NCBI GenBank assembly: GCA_016703025.1
Contig: JADJCV010000004.1
Span: forward strand, 299,164-363,163
DNA length: 64,000 nucleotides
Direction: 5' to 3'
Source of the DNA: Candidatus Avedoeria danica
GTDB lineage: Bacteria; Chloroflexota; Anaerolineae; Epilineales; Epilineaceae
The notes beneath the pieces were generated by a model that saw only the letters and a list, made by a program, of their open reading frames with translations, made no database searches and was not told the DNA's origin. The position numbers and the translations under genes were made by a program. This document shows, piece after piece, positions 29,859 to 39,883 of this stretch; position 1 is the first letter of the stretch, and every line of letters begins with the position of its first letter.

Positions 29859-31253
29859 ATGAACTTCCGTGACCGCCCGCCGTTCCGAGCCGCGCCGCGA
29901 TGCACGCCGAGCGATCGGCCACGACGCCGCACGCTGGCCGTCGTCGGCGCGCTCGCGCTCATCGGCGCGCTGGCCACCACGCTGTCCGCGTTCGATGCGG
30001 CCGCGGCGCAGGGGCAGGCGCAGGACTCGTGCAGCTTGGCCGTCGACAAGACGGCGGCGCCGGGGCGGATCTGGCTGGGCGAGGAGGTCACGGTCACGCT
30101 GTCCATCACGGGCAGCTGCACGGCGCGCGAGATCAAGTCCGACGTCGTGCTCGTCATCGACCGCTCGCGCTCGATGCTCAGCGCGGGCAAGTTCGTCGCG
30201 GCGCGCGCGGCGGCCAAGAACTTTATCGACCGCGCCGACCCGAACCTGATCCAGATCGGCATCGTGGCGTTCGACGACGTGGCCGAGTCCGTTCACTTCC
30301 TGTCCACGGACAAGACTGCCCTGAAGGCGGCGGTCGACGGGATCTCGCCGGACACCGGCACGAACCTCGTCGACGGGCTGGACGAGGGACGGAAGATGCT
30401 CGCCAGCGCCGGGCGCCGGGCGGACGCGCGGCCGGTGATCATCTTCCTCACGGACGGCCGCCACTCCGTCGGCTCGCCCCCGATCACCGACCTGCCGCGC
30501 GTCGTCGCCGACGTCCGCGCGGCCGGCATCCTGGTCTACACGATCGGCCTCGGCAACGACATCGACGAGTCCAACCTGCGCCAGATGGCCAGCGACCCGA
30601 CGAAGTACTTCCGCTCGCCGACGGCGGCCGAGCTCGAGGCGATCTACATGCAGCTCGTCGGCACGATCAGCGCCACCGAGCTGATGAAGGAAGCGTTCAT
30701 CGTCGACGAGCTGCCGGCCGACATGACGTTCATCCCGGGCAGCGGCCAGCCGGCCGAGCCGACCGTCAGCCCGGACGGCCGGACGCTGACGTGGCGCCTG
30801 GTGTCCGTGGCGATGCCGCCGCCGATGCTCTCGCTGTCCTACCGCGTGCGGCCCACCCGAACCGGCACCCGCCCGACGAACGTCGAGGCGCGCGCCGACG
30901 TCACGGACGGCTTCAGCAAGCGCCAGACGCTGCTGTTCCCGGTGCCGTCCGTCCTCGTCCTCGCGCCCGTCACGCCAACGCCCCCGCCGACCGCCACGCC
31001 GCCGCCGGCCGGCGCGCAGTGCGTCTGCCGCGTGACGCGCAACAAGGTGCCGCAAGCCGTCATCGACGCGGCGCTGGCCGACCCGTCCAAGGTGTATGGC
31101 TGGCAGCAACCCCTGAACCCCAACGTGCCGGGCCCGGTGCTGCCGCAGAACCCGCCGCGGACGTGCCTTGACCTGTTGAACCGCGGGGTGCAGTACCACC
31201 CGTTGTTCAACAGCGTGATCTGGCGGGCGGGGTGTTTGATCGGGCCTCCGTAG
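29859..31253 (+). CDS. Secreted VWA-domain protein with DUF11-like middle domain and Cys-containing C-terminal tail
   Basis: Signal-like MNFRDRPPFRAAPRCTPSDRPRRRTLAVVGALALIGALATTLSA. MIDAS motif DVVLVIDRSRSM…TDGRHS. PT linker. Confidence 0.7.
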   Translation: MNFRDRPPFRAAPRCTPSDRPRRRTLAVVGALALIGALATTLSAFDAAAAQGQAQDSCSLAVDKTAAPGRIWLGEEVTVTLSITGSCTAREIKSDVVLVIDRSRSMLSAGKFVAARAAAKNFIDRADPNLIQIGIVAFDDVAESVHFLSTDKTALKAAVDGISPDTGTNLVDGLDEGRKMLASAGRRADARPVIIFLTDGRHSVGSPPITDLPRVVADVRAAGILVYTIGLGNDIDESNLRQMASDPTKYFRSPTAAELEAIYMQLVGTISATELMKEAFIVDELPADMTFIPGSGQPAEPTVSPDGRTLTWRLVSVAMPPPMLSLSYRVRPTRTGTRPTNVEARADVTDGFSKRQTLLFPVPSVLVLAPVTPTPPPTATPPPAGAQCVCRVTRNKVPQAVIDAALADPSKVYGWQQPLNPNVPGPVLPQNPPRTCLDLLNRGVQYHPLFNSVIWRAGCLIGPP

Positions 31254-31259
31254 GCGCCA

Positions 31260-32390
31260 TCACGCCCTCTGGTACCCTGCCACCACCCCCTCATACTGCC
31301 CCACCAGCCGCGCGTTTTCCGCGGCCCACCCCCGCGTCCGCGCGTACGCGTTCGCCGCGGCCGCCAGTCGCGCGCGTTCGTCCGGCGCGTCGAGCAGCTG
31401 GCGCACGACGGCGGCCAGGCTGTCGCGGCTCTCGGCGCGGAACAGACGGCCGGTGATGCCGTCGCGAACGTGCTCGAGCACGCCGCCGGCGTCCGGCACG
31501 ACGACGGGCAGGCCGCTGGCCAGCGCTTCAAGGACGACGTTGCCGAGCGTCTCGTTGGCGCCGGGGAACACGAAGATGTCGGCCGCGGCATAGGCCTCGG
31601 CCAGCGGGATGCCGGAGCGGAAGCCGGTGAAGACGACGTTGCGGCCGGCGAAGGTGCGTTCGAGGGCCGGGCGGGCCGGGCCGTCGCCGACGACGGCGAG
31701 GCGCGCTTCGGGGCAGGCGTCGAGGGCGGCGGTGATCCAATCGATCCGCTTCTCGTTGGACAGGCGGCCGACGTAGGCGAGGAGCGGGGCGTCGGGGTGG
31801 CCGCCGGAGAGCTCGGCGCGCACCTCGGCGCGGCGGCGGTGCGGGCCGTAGAGGTCGGTGTCGACGCCGCGGCTCCAGATCGCGACGTTCGGGAAGCCGT
31901 GGGCCACGAGGTCGGCGGCGGTGGTGTGGCTGGGCGCGAGGTTGAGCGCGGCCTGGCCGTGGCCCCACTTGAGCATCCGCCACAGCGTCGGCGCCAGCCA
32001 GCCATGCCCCCAGCGAGTGGCGAAGCCGGGGATGTCGGTGTGGTAGCTCATGACCATCGGCAGGCTGCGCCGTCGGCCGTAGCGGATGCCGATCAGACCC
32101 GTGGCAACGGGGCCGGCGATGTGCAGTACGTCGGGCGCGAACGCGTCCAGGACCGGGTCGATGTTGTGCCAGGGCGGGGAGAGGCGCAGCTCCGGGTAGA
32201 GCGGGAACGGCATCGCCGGCAGGCCGACGACCTCGGCGCCGGCGTAGCGCGCCGGCAGGCCGGGCATGCGCGGCGTGACGACGAGCGCCGGGATGCCGAC
32301 GGCCTCGAGGTGCCGTAGCACGTGCCCGAGCGTGTGGGTGATGCCGTCGATCTTGGGATGGAAGACCTCGGTGAACAACGCGATGCGCAT
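31260..32390 (-). CDS. Glycosyltransferase family 4 (GT-B fold; PimA/MshA-like)
   Basis: MRIALFTEVFHPKIDGITHTL N-terminal GT4 signature and the C-terminal EX7E-like region FPGANETLGNVVLEALASGLPVV. Confidence 0.85.
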   Translation of the reverse strand: MRIALFTEVFHPKIDGITHTLGHVLRHLEAVGIPALVVTPRMPGLPARYAGAEVVGLPAMPFPLYPELRLSPPWHNIDPVLDAFAPDVLHIAGPVATGLIGIRYGRRRSLPMVMSYHTDIPGFATRWGHGWLAPTLWRMLKWGHGQAALNLAPSHTTAADLVAHGFPNVAIWSRGVDTDLYGPHRRRAEVRAELSGGHPDAPLLAYVGRLSNEKRIDWITAALDACPEARLAVVGDGPARPALERTFAGRNVVFTGFRSGIPLAEAYAAADIFVFPGANETLGNVVLEALASGLPVVVPDAGGVLEHVRDGITGRLFRAESRDSLAAVVRQLLDAPDERARLAAAANAYARTRGWAAENARLVGQYEGVVAGYQRA

Positions 32391-32447
32391 GCGGTGGAAA
32401 TCGTCCGATCCGTGGTGTGTTGCCCGGCCCAGTGGTGCGCCGACCGG

Positions 32448-33158
32448 TCAATACGGCAGGGATGCCAGGACGATCGCCGCCACCCCGACGGCCGTCCCGG
32501 CGACGACCTGCCGCGGCGTGTGTCGACGGAGCACGACGCGCGCCCACCCGACGGCTAGCGGCAGCGCGAGCCAGAGTGCGATGTCGGCGCCGACGGCTCC
32601 ACTGGTGCCGGCCATCGCGCCGCCGGCGGTGATCGACATTCCGGCGGCAGCGCCGGCCGCGGCGCCGTGCAGGCTGATCTTCCAGCGCAGCGTCACCGCG
32701 CATAGCAGCGCCAGCAGCGCGCTCCACGCGACGCCGAACGCCACGAGCGTCGCCGGACCGCCCAGGTTGGCGAGGACGGCCGTGGACACGACGGCGCACA
32801 ACGTGGCGACGGCGAACGGCAGGTGTCGCTGCCGCCTGTCGGACAGATCGAAGTCGACGACGCGGCCGGCCCGCACGAGCGCGGCCACGACGAGCGCCGG
32901 CGTGACGACGGCCGGCAGCGCGAACATCGCCGCCCACGCCCAGGCCCGCGGCACGGGCGAGCCGTCGATGACGCGCGCGAGGAGCACGAGGGCCACGACG
33001 GGCGGGCAGGCGATGCGCGAGATCCAGACGGCGGTGTGGCGGGACGCGGCGCGGAGCGCGTCGGCGTGCGGGGCGCCGGCATGCGGGGCGCCGACGATTC
33101 CGTGCGGCGGACGTGGAAGCGAGACGGCTGGGAAGGGCCAGTGGGGTCGTACGCTCAT
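32448..33158 (-). CDS. PAP2-superfamily membrane phosphatase-like protein
   Basis: Multiple TM helices. KISLHGAAAG and RVVLRRHTPRQVVAG resemble PAP2 motifs (SGH and SRxxxxHxxxQ/D). Directly upstream of GT4 on the same strand. Start uncertain. Confidence 0.5.
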   Translation of the reverse strand: MSVRPHWPFPAVSLPRPPHGIVGAPHAGAPHADALRAASRHTAVWISRIACPPVVALVLLARVIDGSPVPRAWAWAAMFALPAVVTPALVVAALVRAGRVVDFDLSDRRQRHLPFAVATLCAVVSTAVLANLGGPATLVAFGVAWSALLALLCAVTLRWKISLHGAAAGAAAGMSITAGGAMAGTSGAVGADIALWLALPLAVGWARVVLRRHTPRQVVAGTAVGVAAIVLASLPY

Positions 33159-33286
33159 GACGTCGAGCGTAGTCCGGGCGGGTTAATGGGGCGGCGCGGC
33201 GTGGTTAATGGGCGGCGGCAGGGACGTTAAGGATGCTCACTTGACAGAACGGGGGCAGGAAGCGTGCGGTCGAAGACAAGGCTCCC

Positions 33287-35432
33287 CTACCGCCGCCCCC
33301 AAAACGCCCCCGCCGGACAAGGCAACCGCACCGCGATCGAGCTGTAAATCCCCGCCAACGCCTCCGCATCCGGCGCCACGAACGCATCCGCCGGCCGGCT
33401 AGCGATCGCCCGCAGCGCGTCCACGTCCAGGTCGTACCCGACGCCCACGGTGAACACCGTCACGCCCGCCGCCTTGGCGCGCGCCGCCTCCGCCACCGCC
33501 ACGTCCGCCGGCACCGGGTTCGCGCGGCCGTCCGTGAGGACGATCATCGCCGCGGCGTTCTCGGCCCTGCGCCGCGCCGGGTCGGCGAGCGCTTCGGCGG
33601 CGACGGCGACGGCGCGGTCGAGGCGGGTGAGGGATGCCGTGGTGATGGAGGCGAGCGCGGCGTCGAGGGCGGCGCGGTCATCGGTCAGCGGCTGGAGGAG
33701 CCAGGCGTCGCTGTTGAACGTGACGATCGCGGCCTGATCGCCCTCGGCCAGCCGGAGCGTGCCGAGGAACGTGCGGGCGGCGTCGACGGCGGCGGCGAGC
33801 TTGGTGCGGCCGGCGGCGGTGGGCTCGGTCATGGACGACGAGGCGTCGATGGCGAGGGCGATGTCGACGTGGCGCTCGGTGGGGGTGCAGGATTCGGTGA
33901 GGGCGAGGGGGAGGTAGACGGGGGCGGGGAGGGGTGTGGGGGTCGCGGGGAGGGTCGGCGTGGCGGTTGGGAGGGGTGACGGGGTGGCGGTGGCGCGATG
34001 GGACGGCGTGGGCGTTGGGGTGAGCGTGAGGGTGGTGGGATGCGGTGGGAGGGGGCGTCGGGGAGGGCGGGGGGGTGAGGAGGCCGTTGGCGGTCCAGAT
34101 GTCGCCGGGGAGGTTGTTGCGTACCGTTGAGGCGATGAGCATGCGGCGGAGTTCAAGGCGACGACCGCCATCCAGTACTTCGATGACGGCGAAGTCGCCA
34201 TCGCCATTCTCTTCGGACGAGGCGGCGATCAAGTATTGACCACTGGCGCTCCAGGCAACGGACAGTGATGGCCCACCGGGCGCGCGCGTGAAGGCGCGAT
34301 CACCAGGATAGATCATCGTGTAAGGAGCTCGAATCGGAAGTCGGGCAATCTCACGGGCGATATACGGTCGCTCAGCATCGTAGGCGCGGTCCGAAGGTGA
34401 CATTTCGACAAGTTCGTACACGGCAACGATCGTGTTGGCATGAACAGCCAGGAGGCCACGGTTCAACCACGCATTGTTGAACGCTACGCCTCCCACATAC
34501 TTGAAGTCCGGTGCAAGTGGCACAGTCTGTGCGGTGCGGCTCACAATGTCGATCGCCGCGATGTTTCCGGCGAATTGGCGATTCGTTACGACTAGGTTGC
34601 CGCGCGCGTTCAATGTGGCATGGAGGGCAGGTAGGGATCTGCCATGGCCATAGTAGAAGTGTGGCGGCGAGACGGCGGTCGGGAACGGGATGGGTTCGGC
34701 AAGTTCCGACCAAGTCGCACCATCCATTGACTCAATCGTTCCTCCGTCCGTCATGATGATGACGTGATCATCGCGCCCAGTGGGCAGAATCTCGACGGCG
34801 AGGTGTTCCGTGCGCGGACTGGCGCTCACTGTATCGAGGTCTGGACGCGATCCCCCTGTACTGCTGAATCGGATGCGGTCGATGCCGTAGGGTGGCTGCG
34901 GAATCAAGACATAGCCCTCGGGGCTAACCGCGTATCCTGCTCTGGCGGCAAGAAACGAACCATCAGGCATCGATGAAATCGCACCATACGATGCAAAGTC
35001 AGGGCCGCGCACACGGCCCTCAACAAAGCGACCAGACGAACTTGTGTCCGCGTTTGCAACGATAGCAAACGGTGAACAGGACTTGCTAATGTCGACTTGT
35101 TCTTCGCCAAACCCAAGTCCGCAACCAGAACCAGTTCCCGCGACGATTGTCGAAAGATCGGCCACGGCTGCCATTCGTCCAAGAATATTGTACGTCTCTC
35201 CGCGAAAAATGAGTGCCCCGATGTCGATGTTGTGAATAGTAATGGCTGACATTCCATCATCGGGACGCATGTTTGGATAAACATGGTCGTCGATTAGCAC
35301 CACCGCGCTCAGAGGATCAATGTATGTTTGAGCTCCCGCAATAGTCTCCGCCGCAAATACAATAGATGCAACCCATGCTCCGACAAGAGCGAGGGCCGAT
35401 GAGAGGTCAAGTCTAAGGCGGCACTTTCTCAC
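33287..35432 (-). pseudogene. Cassette A large gene: signal peptide + propeller-like domain + PT linker + VWA, frameshifted in linker (two track ORFs 33678..35432 and 33287..34207)
   Basis: GTG start MRKCRLRLDLSSALALVGAWVASIVFAAETIAGAQ. Compared with copy C there is a 1-nt insertion just after …TPPPTAS (~34045), shifting the VWA part into another frame. Confidence 0.5.
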
Positions 35433-35548
35433 GACAATTCCCCGCGACGGCTAGGTAATGGTGGCAGTGAGCCTCACATTCGCCCACTGCCACCATTACC
35501 CGTCAACGATTAACCATGACTGGCCTACAAGGTGTGAGCGGGTGCCCG

Positions 35549-36304
35549 TTAGTTGTAGATGATGTCCACTTGGGGGCCGCTGGCGCCTGCACACGAGTAT
35601 GTGCATTCGAACGCACCACTATCCGTCGTGCCGAACGTTTGACTGACCGGGCTGACTGATGTTCCTTCGGAGCAGAGCAAAGCGTCGATCTGGTTGCCGT
35701 CATCAACGCTCGTCGTCTCGTACTCCACACGCGACAGATAGCCGTTTACCTGTGGCTGGCAAGAGATGCTGCCGAACACCCCGTTGATCTTCGCCAGATC
35801 CACAACCAACTCGTAGCCCCAGCTGTTGTCGATGCTCATCCCGCTTCCGCAGCCGTATGTGGCGCAGACAGTCACGCCGTAGATCGGGCCGGTAGACGAG
35901 TTGCAGCCGGTGCATGACGCCGACCAACTGTCGGTGGAGTCCGACCAGTCAACATCCACGGTTACCTGGGAAGATGTGGTCGTTTGGCACCTGCAAGGTA
36001 GAGTCTCAAGCAATCGAGAGTCCCAATAGCCGGTGATTGTCCAGGACTCGCCCGTATCCGGCTCCACGGCGACCACGTCGTCTCCGCCCACTTGGTCGTA
36101 GTGGATGACATCGATTGCGGACACCTGGCGGCTAAAGTTGACGCAGTCATTCTGTCCGCAGTACTGTGCGTGGGCGACGTGCGGTGCCAGCGCCACCATC
36201 ACGGCCGCGGCCACCGCCGCAAGGCCAACACTAACGCGAATGGGAATCAGCCGACGCGATGTGCGTCCGATCGGGGGCGGGGAGGAAATAACGGTAAACA
36301 ACAT
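35549..36304 (-). CDS. Cassette A small gene: secreted Cys-rich ~225-aa protein (12 Cys), family unknown
   Basis: AGGAGG RBS. Signal MLFTVISSPPPIGRTSRRLIPIRVSVGLAAVAAAVMVALAPHVAHA|Q. Conserved blocks SAIDVIHYDQ, DVDWSDSTDSWSASCTGCN, ATYGCGSGMSIDNSWGYELVV, FECTYSCAGASGPQVDIIYN. Markedly lower GC than neighbours. Confidence 0.7.
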   Translation of the reverse strand: MLFTVISSPPPIGRTSRRLIPIRVSVGLAAVAAAVMVALAPHVAHAQYCGQNDCVNFSRQVSAIDVIHYDQVGGDDVVAVEPDTGESWTITGYWDSRLLETLPCRCQTTTSSQVTVDVDWSDSTDSWSASCTGCNSSTGPIYGVTVCATYGCGSGMSIDNSWGYELVVDLAKINGVFGSISCQPQVNGYLSRVEYETTSVDDGNQIDALLCSEGTSVSPVSQTFGTTDSGAFECTYSCAGASGPQVDIIYN

Positions 36305-36418
36305 GATCCACTACCTCCTGATTGAGCGGCCTGTAGGGGGCAGACCGCCCGGCGGGTTGCCGGAGGCGTGTACTTTGCCGTCACGGCGGTGGGGAATCCC
36401 GCGGGGATGGACGGGGCC

Positions 36419-36448
36419 AGTCTACCCGGCGATCAAACGCATGTCAAT
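36419..36448 (-). promoter_or_regulatory. Conserved sigma70-like promoter TTGACA-N17-TAGACT ~110 nt upstream of cassette-A small gene (copies also near 39740, 43030, 46300)
   Basis: Minus-strand read ccaTTGACAtgcgtttgatcgccgggTAGACTggcc. The same architecture with 17-nt spacers occurs in the other three units (-10 TAGACT or TAGGCT). Confidence 0.45.
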
Positions 36449-36573
36449 GGCCTTCCAAGAACTCGCGACACCGACACGACAGCCACTCCTGCCTTACCGA
36501 TACCATCGTTGCAGACCGGGGACATTGGCTCGATCCGCCCTGTAAGTTGCTTCCTCCGTCGCACAGCGAGGCG

Positions 36574-38742
36574 CTACCGCCTTCCCCAAAACACCCCCAC
36601 CGGACAAGGCAGCCGCACCGCGATCGAGGCGTAAATCCCCGCCAGCGCCTCCGCATCCGGCGCCACGAACGCATCCGCCGGCCCGCTCGCGATGGCCCGC
36701 AGCGCGTCCACGTCCAGGTCGTACCCGACGCCCACGGTGAACACCGTCACGCCCGCCGCCTTGGCCCGCGCCGCCTCCGCCACGGCCACGTCCGCCGGCA
36801 CCGGGTTCGCACGGCCGTCCGTTAGGACGATCATCGCCGCGGCGTTCTCGGCCCTGCGCAGCGCCGGGTCGGCGAGCGCCTCGGCGGCGACGGCGATGGC
36901 GCGGTCGAGGCGGGTGAGGGAGGCCGTGGCTATGGAGGCGAGCGCGGCGTCGAGGGCGGCGCGGTCGTCGGTCAGCGGCTGGAGGAGCCAGGCATCGCTG
37001 TTGAACGTGACGATCGCGGCCTGATCGCCCTCGGCCAGCCGGAGCGTGCCGAGGAACGTGCGGGCGGCGTCGACGGCGGCGGCGAGCTTGGTGCGGCCGG
37101 CGGCGGTGGGCTCGGTCATGGACGACGAGGCGTCGATGGCGAGGGCGATGTCGACATGGCGTTGGGAGGGGGTGCAGGATTCGGTGAGGGCGAGGGGGAG
37201 GTAGATCGGGGCGGGGAGGTGCGTTGGGGTGGCGGTGGCGGTCGATGATGGAACGGTGGTCGGCGTGAGAGTTGCCGGCACGGGAGTCGGTGTTGGTGTA
37301 TCGGTCGCGGTTGGCGTCAGCGATGATGTCCGTGTTGGTGTGGGGGACGAGGTGGGCGTGGCCGAGGGGCCGATTCGGCCATTGGCGGTCCAAATGTCGC
37401 CGGGGAAACTGTTGCTCGTGGTCGATGCGGCGAGCATGCGTCGCTGCTCGAGGCGGTGGCCGTTGTCGAGCACCTCGATGACGGCGAAGTCGCCGCCACC
37501 GACTTCTTCGGACGAAGCGGCAATGATGTACTGGCCGCTTGTGCTCCACGCGATGGAGTACGACGGGCCCATTGGGGCCTCAGTCAAGGCCCGTGAACGC
37601 CACCACTCGGCGTCGAACGGCCGTCCGATGGACAGACGTGCCACTTCACGCGCAACGTAGGGACGCGCGGGCTCAAACAATGGATCGCCAGCCGGTACTG
37701 CGGACAGTTCATACACTGCTATGAAGCTGTCAGCGTGTACTGCGAGCAGATTGCGATTCACCCAGCCATTGTTGAACGCGACGCCGCCCGTAAACGGAAT
37801 GTCGGGCGCTAGCGTTGCCGTCTGTGCGGTGCGACTCTCCAAATCGATGATGGCGATGTTACCGGCATTGAGGCGATTGGTCACGACGAGTCGTTCGTTG
37901 CCATTCATCGTGGCATGAAGTGCTGGAAGCGGTCGTCCGCGGCCATAGTAATGATTGTCAGGCGCGACAGCAGTCGGAAAAGGGATCGGGGGATCAATTT
38001 CGATCCAATTCGACGCATCCCTTGATTCTATCATGCCGCCATCGGTCATGATAACAACGTGGTCACCTTGTGCCTTGGGTAGAATCTCAATCGCAAGGTG
38101 GTCCATCTTTGGGCTAGAGCTCAACAACACCTTCTGAGGGCGATTCCCTATCGGCCGTCGAAATCGGACCCGGTCGATACCGTACGGCGACTCAGGCACC
38201 AGTGCGATGAATCCGGCGTCCACTTGACGGAAAGCGGCCCTGGCGAGCACAAACGATCCGTCGGGCAATGTGGCATTACCACCAAACCCGGCGAGGTCCC
38301 TGTCGAACAAGCGGGCGTCGGAGTATGGCGGATGGGACCCGGGACTGGCATCGGCAACGACGGCGAATGGAGAGCATGTGATGTCCATTACAGGCAGTTC
38401 GCGCGGGCGCCAGCCACAACCTTCTCCAGACCCAGCCACGATCATCGAAAGATCCTGAGTTGCAGACACCCGCCCAATTCCAACATACGATCTTCCACGA
38501 AACGTGGACACACCCGTTGGAATGTCATGGATCGTAATGGCTCCTTCGCCCTCACCATCACGCGCTTCGGGATGCATGGTGACGTCGATGAGCACCACTG
38601 TATCAACAGGATTCACATCAACAGGGCTATCTGGCGACTGAGCCCTTGCGTGATCAACAAGATGATGGAGAACTTGACCCATACACAAGATTGTAAACAT
38701 CCACGAAACAAAGACTGATGTATTCTGTCGACTCTTATGCAC
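36574..38742 (-). CDS. Cassette B large gene: secreted propeller-like / PT-linker / VWA protein
   Basis: GGGGAGAG RBS then GTG. Signal MHKSRQNTSVFVSWMFTILCMGQVLHHLVDHARA|Q. Divergent N-domain with a conserved VWA C-terminus. The track ORF start at 38817 looks like an upstream extension. Confidence 0.7.
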   Translation of the reverse strand: MHKSRQNTSVFVSWMFTILCMGQVLHHLVDHARAQSPDSPVDVNPVDTVVLIDVTMHPEARDGEGEGAITIHDIPTGVSTFRGRSYVGIGRVSATQDLSMIVAGSGEGCGWRPRELPVMDITCSPFAVVADASPGSHPPYSDARLFDRDLAGFGGNATLPDGSFVLARAAFRQVDAGFIALVPESPYGIDRVRFRRPIGNRPQKVLLSSSPKMDHLAIEILPKAQGDHVVIMTDGGMIESRDASNWIEIDPPIPFPTAVAPDNHYYGRGRPLPALHATMNGNERLVVTNRLNAGNIAIIDLESRTAQTATLAPDIPFTGGVAFNNGWVNRNLLAVHADSFIAVYELSAVPAGDPLFEPARPYVAREVARLSIGRPFDAEWWRSRALTEAPMGPSYSIAWSTSGQYIIAASSEEVGGGDFAVIEVLDNGHRLEQRRMLAASTTSNSFPGDIWTANGRIGPSATPTSSPTPTRTSSLTPTATDTPTPTPVPATLTPTTVPSSTATATPTHLPAPIYLPLALTESCTPSQRHVDIALAIDASSSMTEPTAAGRTKLAAAVDAARTFLGTLRLAEGDQAAIVTFNSDAWLLQPLTDDRAALDAALASIATASLTRLDRAIAVAAEALADPALRRAENAAAMIVLTDGRANPVPADVAVAEAARAKAAGVTVFTVGVGYDLDVDALRAIASGPADAFVAPDAEALAGIYASIAVRLPCPVGVFWGRR

Positions 38743-38863
38743 GCTACTTACTCTCCCCAAGTAGATGGCGGCCGCGGAGGCTGGACGCCAAGCAAGCCTG
38801 CCCCCGCGGCCGCACACTCATCTACTCACATCGGCACGTCCAGACGCCGGTACGGTGCCCAAT

Positions 38864-39613
38864 TCAGTCATACACGATGTCGACTTGTGGCCCGCTCGCC
38901 GCTCCGCACGAGAATGTGCACTCGAACGGGCCGGAGTCGGTAGTGCCGAACGCTTGACTGACCGGACTGACGGCAGTGCTCTCGGAACAGTACAGAGTGT
39001 TGATCTGGTTACCGTCGTCCACGCTGGTGGTTACGTACACGACGCGGTTGAGGAACGACGGGTTGGAGCCCCCGCCACAAGTGGACCCATTGTTTTCATC
39101 GACGCTCACGACTAGTTCGTAGCCCCAACCGTTGTCAATGCTCATGCCGCTGCCGCACCCGTACGTACTACAGATGGCGACTCCGCGCACTGGCCCAGCG
39201 AACGCATTGCAGCCAGTGCATGTGGCCGACCAGCCAGTGCTATCTGACCAGTCCACCGCTACATACACGACAGCGTTGCTGACAGCATCGCAGTCACACC
39301 AAATCGGATCACTGCCGAGTTGGTTCCAATACGCCGTTATCGTCCAGTGTTCGCCCGTGTTAGGCTCAACGGGTACAACCTCAGTATCGTCGATCTGGTC
39401 GTAGTGGATGACGTCGATGGCAGACACTTCGATTACAGCGGTTGAACAGTCATTGCGGCCACAGCCACCCTGAGCGTACGCGGCCTGCGGTGCCAGCGCC
39501 GCCATCACAGCTGCGGCCACCGCCGCAAGGCCAACGCTAACGGGGATGGGAATCAGCCGACGCGACGTGCGTCCGATAGGGGGCGGGGGAGGGGATATAA
39601 CGGTGAACAACAT
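38864..39613 (-). CDS. Cassette B small gene: secreted Cys-rich protein paralog
   Basis: MLFTVISPPPPPIGRTSRRLIPIPVSVGLAAVAAAVMAALAPQAAYA|Q. Same Cys pattern as the 35549..36304 gene. The track ORF extends to 39694 through in-frame leader sequence. Confidence 0.7.
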   Translation of the reverse strand: MLFTVISPPPPPIGRTSRRLIPIPVSVGLAAVAAAVMAALAPQAAYAQGGCGRNDCSTAVIEVSAIDVIHYDQIDDTEVVPVEPNTGEHWTITAYWNQLGSDPIWCDCDAVSNAVVYVAVDWSDSTGWSATCTGCNAFAGPVRGVAICSTYGCGSGMSIDNGWGYELVVSVDENNGSTCGGGSNPSFLNRVVYVTTSVDDGNQINTLYCSESTAVSPVSQAFGTTDSGPFECTFSCGAASGPQVDIVYD

Positions 39614-39883
39614 GATCAAGTACCTCCTGATACGGCGGCCTGATTGGGGGCAGACCGCCCGGCGGGTTTCCGGAGGCGTGTACTTTGCCGTCACGGCGGT
39701 GGGGGATCCCGCGGGGATGGACGCGGCCAGTCTAACCGGCGATCAAGCGCTTGTCAATGGCCTTTCAAGAATTCGCGACACGGAAACGACATCACTTCCT
39801 GTCTTTCGGAGGCTTCCATGGGAGACTGCGGAAATTGGCTCGATCCGCCCCGAAAGTCGCTTCCTCCATCGCAAGTCACTCAC

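Noticed and set aside
33450-33737. Identical 95-aa + strand ORFs (also 43333..43620, 46729..47016; variants 36692..37024, 39975..40334)
   Set aside because: Antisense artefacts of the repeated VWA-coding DNA. They are useful only as proof of nucleotide identity between units.
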